Below are positions 40,619 to 52,939 of a stretch of DNA of 64,000 nucleotides, in pieces. The stretch is taken from contig BDGG01000002.1 of the NCBI GenBank assembly GCA_001949185.1, positions 6,252,448 to 6,316,447 of the forward strand, read 5' to 3'. Both the position numbers and the translations under genes were made by a program. Under the pieces are notes generated by a model that was not told where the DNA came from, searched no databases, and saw nothing but the letters and a program-made list of their open reading frames with translations. Numbering within the stretch: position 1 is the stretch's first letter; each line of letters opens with the position of its first letter. The DNA comes from Ramazzottius varieornatus (lineage: Eukaryota; Animalia; Tardigrada).

Positions 40619-41296
40619 TCATAAAGAAGCCACAACAGGGTAAAACGCACCTGTGCTAATCTTGCCACCATTTTGTGAAATTTCGATCAGCGTCTGTTCA
40701 AACGCTTTCAATCTCCGTGATATCTCAGCGCACTTCATCCCACTCTGGACGTTACCCACAGGCGGAAGGTACCGACAGATCTCCAAGTCTTCTGCTACCA
40801 AATCTTCGAAATCCAAGTCCCCTTGGACGTCGTTGAGTGGGACGACGGATTGATCATCGACGACGAGGACTTCTCTAATGGTCGGACTATCTTCAACGAT
40901 TGTTCGTGGTCTAGTCAGCTTTCTCTTTTCTGGCGAAGCAGGCTTAGCTGCTGCCTTCAGAACCTTCTCGAGGGAAGGGTTATCTCGCGGATTCCAGGCA
41001 GTAGTTGGCTTGGGTTTTGGAGCCGAGCCTTGTGTTGTGCTAGAACTTGACCCAGTGCGTCGCTTCTTGACGCCATTACTACCAGCCGGAACTTGCTTCG
41101 GCTTGAAACGCTTCTTCGCCACACCTGGCTCCACTTTGACAGTCGATCGAAAGGGATCCTCCGTCTGTAGTAGTTCGGTACATTTCAGCAAGTTCTGAAA
41201 CTCCGATCCAGGGGGATCTTCCATTTTATTCAATGTTAACGGAGCTGGCAACGTCTTTACACTGGATGCTCCAACTCCCGTCGCGTTCGCTCCACC
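40619..41296 (-). CDS. Uncharacterised basic, low-complexity protein exon (NLS-like KKRFKPK, KKRR); 5' structure unresolved
   Basis: Long open frame preceded by a tttgcag acceptor near 41297; possible ATG at 41224; no recognised domain. Confidence 0.5.
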   Translation of the reverse strand, partial: GGANATGVGASSVKTLPAPLTLNKMEDPPGSEFQNLLKCTELLQTEDPFRSTVKVEPGVAKKRFKPKQVPAGSNGVKKRRTGSSSSTTQGSAPKPKPTTAWNPRDNPSLEKVLKAAAKPASPEKRKLTRPRTIVEDSPTIREVLVVDDQSVVPLNDVQGDLDFEDLVAEDLEICRYLPPVGNVQSGMKCAEISRRLKAFEQTLIEISQNGGKISTGAFYPVVASL

Positions 41297-41642
41297 TGCA
41301 AACGCAATACACTCATGTACAAACTATCTGTTTAGCTAATAAGAGTTAGTAGACGCTTACGACTTACCTGTTCAAGTCAACTGATGTCCGTCTATCAGAC
41401 TCACGAGGAGGAAGACGGACCACTACCAGAGAGAAGAATTAGTTGCTTGTAGAGCGAAGCCTCACTGCTATCCAGCAGTCGTCGCTTTTCCGCGATTCGA
41501 TCTCTCTGTGCTTCCCAGATCCGCTGCTGGGCTAGGCATCCATTCCTCTGTCTCTGAATGAAGATTAACATTACCAGGACAGCAACATACGAGCTGGAAG
41601 ATATTCCATGGAGATTGGAGAAAGGCACCGAGATGAAAGAAA

Positions 41643-44600
41643 CTAAGAAAGTTTGCTTTTCTTGTTGGACGCTTTCCAAGCCATTGTGGGCTCGTGACGT
41701 TTCTCCTGACGTAAAACACGCAGCGTGGCCTCCAGGGCTGTGCCGTATTTTGTCGGCCGTCCACGTGATGTTTTACGGAAACCTTCCGGACACATGTCAC
41801 GTGCATAGGGGGTTTCGAGGCCGCTGAGGGGTCCCAAACCACTGCGAAACTCATTTAACGGTCGAGGCTGAGCCGTGTATGAGCTCATCACGCACCGTTG
41901 TGACTCATCATAGCAACGCGGCATAGCATCACGAGCGCTGGATCAGAGTTTAGAACCGCGTAGTATTGCGAAACCATACGGTAGCAGTGCGGTACGGCCA
42001 TACCCAACCGCAAGAAAATTGGGATAAAAATGCCGTACAGCACGCGCTGCAAAACTCTGGGACGGTGTCCGTCTGCGCCACATCGCCCGGTGACGCAGGC
42101 GCCGTAGCTGGCAGCATGAAGTTTGTGACTGATTGCCTGTTTTGTCGGGTGTTTCTCTCTCGGAATTCACCGGAAAAGCTGAGGTCGGTCATGTAACGTG
42201 GGTTTTCGTGTGCTGTAAGCCAGAGAAGGAATTCCCTTCTGATTTTTAGCATCCTCGGCTTCAATCACTCCTTTAGAAACGCTGTTTTAATAACTGTGGT
42301 GAAATTTTCACCGATAGTTTTTGGCAATGTAATAATAACCTTTATTCTGTTCGATTGCTAGCCAAGCTTAGCGCTGTATGAACAAAATTGGAAGAAGTGA
42401 GACAAGAGCGCCAGGAGAAAAAGCAATAACAACAGCCCAAATTCTTTTTCGTTTTCTTTTCTAAAAATAGCAAGATTTGAACTAGCAGCACCGCGTCAAT
42501 ATGATTTCTGAACCACTTGAAATTTGAAAAATTCAGAGCGTCAACATAGTGCTTGAAAGTTCCAAAGGTATTCAAATCTACAGCACTAGGGCAGAACAAA
42601 GTCTTTTAGCAGGGGTTCGGCGATGTAAGCAAATGAGCTGATGGTGGAATCAAGGAGGGAACGTGAAGAGGCGGCCATCGAAACTGGACTCAACATCAAG
42701 GCTTTGTTTTGGTTACGGGTTCTTAGGTTCTGGTATGGCAGGACAATTTTCATCAGCTTGTCTCCCTTGGCGAGATCTCCGTTCTAGATTTTCCAGGCAT
42801 TCACCAGAATGCTCGCACATCGTCGATGCCACAATGGTTTCCACCCTACTTCTCGGAGGTGCTGATGGTATCGTTTGAAGTCCGGGTCGTGGCTTTGGTC
42901 CTCTTTTCCTGCGGGGCTAAGACGAATGCTCCGAAGGAACTTCTTTTGGATCGATTCGAGCTGCTTTTGTAGGCTCTTAGTGGTGGTGAACCAGGAGGAG
43001 GATGCGTAGTCGGCAATCGATCGAACCAAGAATGTGAAGAGGAGTTGTTTCACTCCTCCATAGCGCTCAGGAAAGAGTCCATGGATACCGTAAAGTCTCT
43101 GCCTGCACTTTGCCGTAACTTTGTCCACTTGTGCTGTCCACTCCATCTTGATGGAGAACTTGATACCCAAACATTCAGCTTCGCTCACCAATGGAATCTT
43201 TTCTCCGTTGATCGTATAGCTGCCACTTGGCACCTCCACTTTCTTCATCTTATTTGATATGCGCAGATGCTGGGACTTTTCGCGATTCAGCTCAAGGCCA
43301 GTTCCTTCGCACCAGTCTTCAAGTCTCTGCAGGTCTTGTTGGAGCAAGGTACAATCTTCTTTGCTTTTGATATTCCGCCATAGCACAATGTCATCTGCGT
43401 ACTGCATCACGGTGCGCTGAAGTCTTTTTGCCAGGTTTTTCACAGGAATAATGAACAGGATCGGGCCAAGAGCCGAGCTTTGCGGGACACCAGACAGGAC
43501 AACGCACTCTGAAGAGAAGTGTCCATCGACAGTCACCCTCTGACTTCTTCCGCGCCGGTAGTCGGACAGTAGGTCTTTCAGCTCGCCTTGGACTCAATGG
43601 CTGATGAGGCTCGTGACGATAGTAGAGTGCGGAAGTTTGTCGAAGGCTTTAGAATAGTCCAAGAAAACGGCGTCCACTTCCTCTCTTCGGAGTAAAGCTG
43701 GGGTTATATTGATGAGCCATATGGATCAGCCGCATTCCCGTCGATCTTTGCTGTCTGAATCGAGAATATGAATTGAACTGAGAATATTGAGAATATGAAA
43801 GTAGACCATTACGATTCAAGTAATTAGTTAAATGGCTGGCGACGATTTCTTCAAAGAGCTTGGAGATTGGTGGAAGAAGGGAGATCGGCCGGAACTGCGA
43901 GCTTTCTTCCTTTGGCATTGGAACAACGTCTGCCTGCTTCCATGCTGTTGGATACTGGCCTCGGCTGATGATGAAGCTGAAGAATCTAGAGAGGGGATAC
44001 AGGATAGCCGTTCGAGCGATCTTGAGTAGTCGATTCGTTACCAGGAAAGAACCAGAGGCTTTGGAAGAGTCACATCGTCGGAGCTGTTCAAGGATCATCG
44101 TAGTCGTAAATTGGAGTGGTGGGCAGTGGGGTGAATCAGCAGGTTCAATACGGATTGGCTCAACATTACTTTCTGGCAGGCAGTGCTGTGGACAGGCAGT
44201 ATAGACTTTGGCGAAATCTTGACTGATGTACTCAGCTTTCTCTTGGGGATCAACTATGTGCTTTTCATCATGACCACTAAAGGAATAGGAGGGATGGAGA
44301 TGCTGGAGGTGTTCTTCTTGTCATGTTTCCATACTGCTCTGGGATTTCTGCGAGAGGATGTTGCGATGGCATAGAGACAACGGTGCTTGTCTGACTGAAT
44401 GATCCGTTTCTTGCTTGCTTCAAGCTCTTTCCAACGTGAATGGTCTGCCTGGTCCATTGTTCTTCGCCATTGCTTGTGGGCACTTCTGCATCTCCGCAAG
44501 CTATCAATAGTTCTTTCGGAAAGGGAAGGACCATGAAGACGTTTGTCTCCCACAGACTTCAGCTGGAAGTTACTCTTAGCAGCAGCGACAAAGTTTTCCC

Positions 44601-45862
44601 GAAAAACTGTAACAGCGACGTCAACGTTACACATCAAATCAAATATTTTTCCCCAATCAATCGATGGTAGGACTGATCTAGTGCACTGGTCTTTTCTCCG
44701 TCGATTTTCCATATCAGCTTTGGCTTTGTCTTGAACTTTGGCGTCATCAGCATCACCTTGGTTTCAAAGGCAAGATGGTCGCAAGAAGCTGCAGGTGGAT
44801 CGATGACTCTGGTGTTTCTGACCAATCCAAGCTGAGTGACAAAGAGCTGATCGAGGGATGACTTGCTCTTTGCACGGGTCCGTGTGGTTCCTATTACCTT
44901 CTGCCAAAGCTTGAATTCTTTCCTCAAAAGTATCAGGTCTCTGTCCCTCTCTGACTTTCTGCTTGCATCGCCGTCCCACGTGATCTTTGGGCAGTTGAAG
45001 TCTCCCACCAGGATTACGTTGCGCCGTAGAAAGGGAGGAATGCGTTCCATGGATGAGCGAAGCTTGGAGAAGACGTCTGTATCATAGCTGGGAGCGTAGA
45101 TGACTCCGATGAGTACGTTGGGACGCAGGCAGATCAGCTTTATCCACATGACTTCCAATCCGTCAACTTCCATGCTTGTCATCCTTATTGCTTGGAGCCC
45201 TTTCTTGACCGCAATGGCGACTCCACCTCCAGATTCCTTCCGGCATCCTTCTCGATCTTTTCTGAAGAGATCGTACTGATCCGGATCTACGATCAAACAA
45301 TGAGCCGTAGATTTTTCTGCCCAAGTTTCCACGAGAGCGACAACATCCGCCTTCCGTTCTTCCATTCACCCCTTCGTCTCCTCGCTTTTGCTCCTTATGC
45401 CGTTGATGTTCCCGTACAGGAATGTCAGCTTCTTCCTGATTTCGCCTATAAACTGGTACGGAGGCATGGTGCAAAGTCACACGATATATAGATTTGAATA
45501 GATTTGAAGAAATGTACGAGAAAACAAACGCAGTCAAAAAAATAGTGGGGCACTGAACTTGAAAGATACTTCTGTTTGACCATCTTTCTCGGTCGAAAAA
45601 GCTTGATGGTTTGCTGTTTCCTAAGATATCTCAATTCAGAGAAAAAATTGCCGTTATAACAAAATTTTCGTTGCGGTATGCCGTCCGTACAGCATATGGA
45701 ACAGCGTTTGCAGCATGGTACCGCAAGAAAAAATCACGGAAATAACCGCGTGCCGTACGTGCAGCAAGATTCTGCGAGCCCGCAGTATGGTTCCGCAAGC
45801 AAATCCCACGCGGGTTTATACCCTGCGCTGGATGAAAGATCGGGTTTCAACAACTGGGGCAT
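41643..45862 (-). CDS. Orphan ORF interrupted after codon 12 by the hAT-like element
   Basis: Removing 41944-45825 and one TSD joins ATG 45862 (MPQLLKPDLSSS) in frame to ARDA-MPRCYDESQR... (ORF 41643-41924). Link to downstream exons is unresolved. Confidence 0.45.
41944..45825. mobile_element. Non-autonomous hAT-like DNA transposon, 3882 bp
   Basis: Perfect 8-bp TSD CGCTGGAT at 41936-41943 and 45826-45833; 18-bp imperfect TIRs CAGAGTTTAGAACCGCGT / CAGGGTATAAACCCGCGT (14/18); shared subterminal motifs (TTGCGRAACCATAC, CCGCAAG, GCCGTAC) at both ends; no transposase seen. Confidence 0.85.
42615..45446 (-). mobile_element. Decayed LINE ORF2 (APE endonuclease + reverse transcriptase, CR1/L2-group-like) nested in the hAT-like element
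   Basis: FLYGNINGI, VALVETW, FRKDR, GGGVAI, GDFNCP, SCDH (endonuclease); FRPISLL, VFLDYSKAFD, GVPQ.S.LGP.LF, QYADD (RT); several frameshifts and stops; no ORF1 or 3' tail visible. Boundaries approximate. Confidence 0.9.
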
Positions 45863-46088
45863 CCAGATCCAGGCAGATCTCCACCCGATTAAGTTATCAA
45901 CTTTCGTGATCTCACTCTAGCATAGATAACTTTATATTTGTTAACCGTGGATTTGGCTCTTGTAACTGGTGCTGTGTTTTGCAGATCTCGACGAGGAAGA
46001 ACTTGGACTAGTACGGACCTCGTCCGAATGCATGCCAAATGTTCCTAACTTTGGACTGCCAGTAGCTTAACGCTGCACCCTCTCGGAC

Positions 46089-49000
46089 ATGTCTGCTACA
46101 GCAGCCAACATTTCTACTCGACATCTGAAGCCAATTCTTGAAGACGTGGAGGATACTAAATCTACCACGGCTACCGACGAGCGCTTTTTCTCCGATGACG
46201 AAGACGACAGTATCATAACGCACAAAGCGACTCCATCCAGTGGCGTGGACAGGATCACCTTCTCGAATTCATCGTTCAATGCGCTGATCAAAGGTACATC
46301 TAACGGATCTGGGGCGATCGATTCGAGCAACAGTACATCGATCCTGCTGCAACCGACTCCGTATGCATCAGTAGCAAACCGGGCGGGAGCATCGAATGCG
46401 TAAGTTTGTTCCATATATGAAATAGTTTACAACACTCTCCCTCTTGTTTATTTCATGAGGTTAAACAGTCGTGCTCAACCTGCCGCCAATTTGCAGTGTA
46501 ACCGATCCTCAGCGGGCAGTATCGAGTACGCCGCAGGAGAGTTCCGCCAGCGATCATTTTAGCGGAAGCTTCCTTACCGAGGACGATGAAAGCATTTCTC
46601 CATGGTCTGCTAATCCATTTGAACCGCAGGTGGCAATACCTTATTCAACTCATCAGTTTGAAATATGTTTTGAAAGATTTCATGCTGGTTGGGTTACCAT
46701 GTAGTTCGCCCAGGAGACTGGGGCATCTGGCGACGCGGAAGTTGAAGACCCGTTCGGGTTCGCCGCATGGGAATCAGGGTTCGCCAGACGTCACTCTGGA
46801 GACTTCACATCAACAACAGTGGAAAAACCCTGGCAAAGTCTCAAAACCGTTCCAGGCGATGTGAGCCACACCACATCCCTGCAAAATAGGTAAGTTCCTT
46901 GGAAGAATGCAGTATTTTCTCCAGGAACAGTCCAGTCAGTGTAGGTGTCATTCTTGTCATATAGCTCAGTCTCGGCGACTACGAGGTCTCCCTTGAAGTT
47001 CGTCAATCCAGACTCCCCAGTACCACCTGATCCAGTGCTTGCCGGCCATGAACTTGCAGAGTCGAGATCGCTGCGCGAAGAGCTGCAAGCTGCCAAAGAG
47101 GAAATTGCTCTCCTAGTCGAAGCTGTACACGAGAAAGATCTGAGTGTCATTACCGCATACCAGCACGCGGAAGAGTAAGCTGAGCCGATCTTTTGTTTTT
47201 CCAGAACACAGACGGATGAGAGTGTTTTTGTGTGTTATGTCAGGCTCAAGGAAAAGTATGCAGCCGAACGGCGTGATGGTCCCCTGATGCAGCAGCGGCT
47301 GGAAGCGGCGCTTTGGAACGCATCAGAACTGGAAGCCAGGAACGTTCTACTCACGACTCAAATCGCCGAGCTGGAAGCTAAGACTCGGAGGATGTCCAGC
47401 AGATTTAGCGACATGGCTACTTTTTTGGGATTAAAGAGCTCCTCAAACGACGATAAGGTACCAAGGCCATGTGCCAGCTCAGTTCTCAGTGCGGCTTCTT
47501 TCTCTCTAGATGTACGTTTGATCATGCTACAGGCGATCGAGAGAGAGATTACAGCTAAGCTGGAAAGCCTGCTTCAAATAGAGAAAGATTTCTTGAGTAC
47601 AAAGGATCAAAGTCGAGATGATGCGGAGACCCAGCGTAGTCTGCACAAGGAGATCAAAAGCCTGAAGAAACAGATAGAGAACCAAGAGGTACGATCCAAT
47701 TTCACTCACATTTTCTCATATGATAACTGTCGACCGAGTTAGTTGTCTTGTCCCCTCTGACCGACCTGTTCCGCGAAATCTGAAAAACTCCACGATATTT
47801 TCAACATGCTGGATTTTTTAGCGCCACATAATCCAAGTAGAGGACTTTGAGGCCAGAAAGCTGGCGGCCCGTGACCAAGAAATCAGGTCTTTGAAGGACC
47901 GACTGAATCTTGCCGATGAAAAGCTTCAGGAGCAAGAGTAAGACTTTTATCCTTTGAGCCACAATTTGTGGAAACATCCCAGTTTTCTGTCACAGAAAAT
48001 TGAACAGCGCGCTTTCCGCTGAAACGAAGAAATTGCTTGCGGAGCTGAAGGTGTCCCAACACATTATTGAGAGGAAAGATGGCATTATCCAAGAACTAAG
48101 ACAACCTGACGCGAGTTCTGACTCCGCGGTGCCGTCAACAATGACGTCGAGAACGGTAAACTTGCCTTCGCCTTACTTTAGATAAATCTTTCAGTTTCAT
48201 TAACAATCGCGATTTTAGGCTGAGCTACTCGCGAAGTCCCCAGCAAATGCAGCGGTGAACCACGCTGTTTCTTCGACAGAGGCACCAAGTAACCTCAATG
48301 GCAAAACTGCACACGTCAAACGCGAACTGGTAAGTTGAGAGTTACTGTTCTTGAGGTCCGTTCTCTCACATCTTCTTCTTCAATAACAACTGCAAGGACA
48401 CTAATAATAACATGAAACTTGCTTCCTGTAGCGTCTGCTGAATACAGCTTTGGCTCAAGTCATAGCCGCTTCGGACAACACCAGTAATCAGCTCAGACTG
48501 GAAATACGTGATCTGCAGCTGCAAGTTAAAGATCTCCAAGAGACTGAAAGCTGGTTACGTGAAGAGCTCAGGGTGCGAGCTGAAAATTCAAATAAAGAAG
48601 CAGTAGAGGTGGATGTCCAGAAGGCCGTGACGACCCACAGAACAACCCAGACTTTGGATGATTTGGGATCTGTTGATGGTTTTCAGCGGAACCCGGCTGT
48701 CGAGTGGACCGTAGGTATAAAATATGGGGATAATTTTCATGTGATACCATTGTACGTGATTCGTATCTTTGGGACAGGAGATTCTTTCGCTCTTGAAGAA
48801 TCTGATGATCCGCCCTCCGAACTCGGCAGGCGACGAAGCTACCCATTTGGTCGGGCTGCAACAAGCCCAAATCTCTGAGCTTCTTGCTATTGTGCGGCGC
48901 ATGCAAGACGCACAAACGTCTTCCAACATATTCATGAAGGTAAATCAATATTGTGGTTACGAACAGGAACCGTAATTACGTGCAAAAATCCTTACAGCCC

Positions 49001-49834
49001 TCAAGAAGTATTATATTTCATTACAGGAAGCAGAGAAGGTTCCACTGAAGGATAGCACCGAGGACCATAAGCTCCAAGACGTTATCGCCGTGTTACAGAA
49101 AATGCTCACCGAACGCGAAGACGAGATCGAATATTGGCGAACCCTTCTCTCAAGAAAGGATAGCGCTCAACCCGTCTATTTCTTGCCGTCGTTTCCGGTG
49201 GCAGAGAACGAGCTGCCGATCGTGTACAAAACACAGACGGCGCATTATAATCTTGAAGACAAAAGCCTAGATGGCGCTGCGGTTCCAACTGGTGCACAAC
49301 CTGGAACTTCCGGCTATGAGACCTTTGCATCAATGGACCACAACGAAAAATACCAGTCCAGGAAGGGTTCTGGTGATCACAGAGAACTGTCTGAGACTCA
49401 ATTGCAAATAGGTTCAAACTCGAATGCTTTTACAGCTGCGGAAAGTTCAAAGGTGATGCTTTCATTCAATTTGCGCAACTTTCTATGTTGAGTTATAATC
49501 TAGCGACTCTTTGGAGTATTGATAAACGAAAACACTGATTCTCTATTGTTTGTTATAGGTGGCCCCTGTTTCTCCACATCCTTCCAACAGGACAATTGAG
49601 CATGCGGGTTCTAATGGAGATACAAGAAGGATGGACCCTGTCGTGCAGCAGCTTCCTTATCACGCTCATTTATCGGAGAACTATGGGAAAGAACGCAGAC
49701 TTTCTACAAAACTTGAGCTTCCAGACATCGACTATGGGACAATTCGCAATCGCAGCAGATTGCAATTAGTAAGTACGCCCGCTAGTACTCGCAAAGTCAA
49801 TGTGGCAATGGCGAAGTACGAAGTTGTTGAATGA
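46089..49834 (+). CDS. Uncharacterised multi-exon coiled-coil protein
   Basis: Series of GT-AG-bounded exons with heptad-like E/K/L/Q-rich sequence (e.g. SLREELQAAKEEIALL, LRLEIRDLQLQVKDLQE); stop 49834 followed by AATAAA at 49854-49859. Confidence 0.7.
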
Positions 49835-50929
49835 TCGAAGGGAGAGTTATTGTAATAAAATTGATGTTTTCAGGACCAGCTGCAAAATCTTTGCCGCAGA
49901 TATGATCTAACCCAGTTCCGCTCTGCAAAACTTCTTCCAGACAATTCTGACCTTGCGGTTGACTGAAGTTTTTAAGTCAAAGACCCTACTGTTTACTTAA
50001 CGAATTCTAAGAGTGGCCTTGTCATCGTTAACTGTACAATTATCTTTCAGAGTGACTGTTGATCGATTGGTAACCCCAGTTGGGACTGACAATTTTGCTA
50101 CCACGACAGTAATTACCTCTTTGAGGTCTTGTTTGTACTGCACAAATCTAATAATATTACGCCCTGTAGCTTGGGAGTCTTCCCAGTCTTTCATCAAACA
50201 TCCGTAACCCCCACCCACACCGAATACGGTAACTACCGATCGAAGCATAAACGTCGTGCAGTCCACATGATCTTTAACATTTCCGCTGGCGAGGTTTTCC
50301 GTCGAATCCTTTCACTGTACTTGGGAGTGTTTTGACGCCATGCAGGGATTACCGACGACACACACATTTGAATAAGCGTGCCTTCTTCCTGGTTCATGAA
50401 ATATAGTAGCGTTACGGTGCTTGGTGGGAACGCTCAGTTTCTTGTATGGAATCAAATCATCAATAATTTATGGATAGTCGTTGATGATTAGATTGAGTTA
50501 CGCATCATTACACCGGGAGTAAAATTTACTTACTCCAGAACATTGAAGCACTTTCCCAGACCATAAAATTTTATAGGCGGTATAGCGTCGCAGTGGTAGC
50601 AGTATTTTGATGTGTCAGTTAGAAAGCATTGCTCCGTCTTCTTTCCTGTCAAAGCAAATAAAGCCGGAGACCGGGCAGAATTGCATCCGAGCGCTGAGAT
50701 CGTGTCGCATTTCAGCAGCGAATTACATGGACGATATCGTTACTAGTGGGGTTGTGATGCACAGAGGGAAGATTTGTGATACGCGTCATGACAGCAGGGT
50801 GGGATGAATTACCAGTCCGCTTAGGCGCTCAAGTTGTCCATGTCCGGGAGCAGTCTGGCAGGATGTAGTTTGCCAGGCTGGGTTGGGTCGACGTCGAGTG
50901 AAATCGGAAAGCAGTGGGCAAAAATTTGT

Positions 50930-51060
50930 ATAGTGCACTTTGTTAAGTAACTTCTTAAAGAAGGCTCGGAAGGCCGATTGATGGCCTGATTGTGCGAGTA
51001 GGATTGATGGTTGCATCCTGCAACCGCAGGGACGTAATTGCACTTGTATCAGTGATTCCT
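50930..51060 (-). pseudogene. Possible relic of a pogo/DDE_1 transposase
   Basis: Across frameshifts reads YVPA/GC.MQP/QAINRP/AFFKK, reminiscent of the P.GCT..LQP.D..IN.PFK motif; very degraded. Confidence 0.25.
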
Positions 51061-51804
51061 ACGATTTGTTCCACAGCGGTTACTTAATGAGATTGATATC
51101 CATCTGTGAATGTTGTTCTTAAGATCCGCCAGTTTGACACTAGGCTTTCAAGTACTTGTCGTCCCGGCGAGCAGCCGCGACTCGGATGTCTTGACTTCGG
51201 CCAGGATAATATTACCCACCGCGTACTCGTACATCAAGCGACGACATTTCTATCGACCAGTTCCACGTTTGATAAATCTGGTCCGAGGTTTCTCCACTTC
51301 CCAGTTGACTTCTGCCGGATCCTTGCTCTGGTGTCTACAAATACAGGAAGCGCGACTTTGTTTCTTGATCTAAGGAACTAATGTCTAATGCGTGCCACGC
51401 CCATCTCAATCGAGCGAAATCGGCTTAAACTAACTCCTTCACGTGATTTGTATGAAGCGGTACGCTGTATTTATTTAGTGACAAATCACGGAGCGCGCCT
51501 TCTTCATGTTTTTCTTATCAGTGGGACACTGTCGACTGTGTGAAAAGATTTGCTGCTTTTAACGCCTCTGTAATTTTTGAACGATGAGTTAATTACCAGG
51601 CTGACCTTGTTTCCTTATGTCAAATACGTTGGCGCCTTCCTGTCATTGGCTTCGTCGGTCACAAGGACTTACTCAAAGCCAATCACTGACTCAATCAATT
51701 GACAGCGTAACTTCCGGGTCCAGCATTATCAACCGACGGCGGGAAGCTGTGAGTGGTAATGTAATGATGCTTCCGGCGGCGCACCACCACGGCAAAAGTT
51801 CAAT

Positions 51805-52703
51805 ATGAACCTGAGCTGTTTTCTACCCCTGCTCACTGTAATCCTTCTGCGGATTACTTCTCAAGGTGAGAGTTGACTTTTTGTCTTTGCCAGTTCTTCC
51901 CGTGCTTGGGATACAAGGTCATCTGATATATGATTACACAGACCAGTCCCGAAGCATGGAGTCTAGTTATAGTGTAAAATCAAGTGTCTCGTTTGCACCT
52001 AGTGAGAGCCGTCGGGTGCTTTGTCTGCGACTCCTTGAACGGGACAAACATGGCATGTGCCGACCCGTTCGATGGAATTCTAGACTCGTCCAACCCAAGT
52101 AACAGTTCATATGTGGCCGATTGTATGGACGGACGTAAGGATTCAACCGGCTTGTTTCCTGCAAGGTCCGTTATTTAGTCTGTATCACAAAAAACAGCCA
52201 GTTGGTTCTCGACTTGCTGTACTGGTACAAGTCATCCTTCCACATATGTCTCTGTACATTTAGATACTGCGTGAAGATGTTTGGAACAAGATGGTCGACG
52301 GAAACCAGTAGTTATGTCCATTTGTAAGTCATAGATCAACTAGCGGGAAACCCGGGAACGCAGTAACCCGTAATAATCATCGTTTGCAGGTTCATCAGGC
52401 GCTGCACTCTGGACTCACTCGGGGATCAGAACGGATATTTCGTTTGGGGCGGGCACAGCTACAAAGGCAGTATTTTGACGTGTGATTATGAGTAAGCACG
52501 CTCACAGTTCTGCACTCTTGTTGGTCGGGATAACCGTACATCGGTCGTGCATTTTCGGCTCTCCAGGCATTCATCAATCATCCATTCATCCTTTCTTTTC
52601 CAGTGCCTGCAATGTAAGCCACGGACTTCGTGCAAGCCTTGCCGTTATCTGGAGTGTCTTTTCAATATTTTGCGCGTTTGAATGCCATATAATGCTGACC
52701 TGA
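51805..52703 (+). CDS. Ly6/uPAR (three-finger, quiver/sleepless-like) predicted GPI-anchored protein, 5 exons
   Basis: Signal peptide exon 51805-51865; GCFVCDSLNGTNMACADPF...CMDGRKDSTGLFPARYCVKM...IRRC...TCDYDACN then a hydrophobic tail. Confidence 0.82.
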
Positions 52704-52939
52704 TCTCCCGAAAAATATTTTTGAACTCGTTCGGAGCTTCAAGTTACGAAATTAACGGTGATTTTATTTGGATCCTTTAATATATTATTGGTTAGTACAA
52801 CCCTATAAAACTAGAAGGTCAGAGTAAATGAAAGAACGGACAAGGTTGGATATCTCAGATGACTTGATCAAGAGAGCTACTACACAGGTTTTGATGAGAG
52901 TAAATAGCAGAGTCCAACGATAGTTACGAGGAAGCATGC

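Noticed and set aside
41950-42264. ORFs that looked like the first exon of the minus-strand orphan gene
   Set aside because: They lie inside the hAT-like element's subterminal repeats.
49997-50400. Short minus-strand ORFs downstream of the coiled-coil gene
   Set aside because: No recognisable domain or consistent splice sites.
50576-50600. tRNA-like 5' sequence GGCGGTATAGCGTCGCAGTGGTAGC
   Set aside because: No B box/T-arm (GTTCRA) or cloverleaf downstream.
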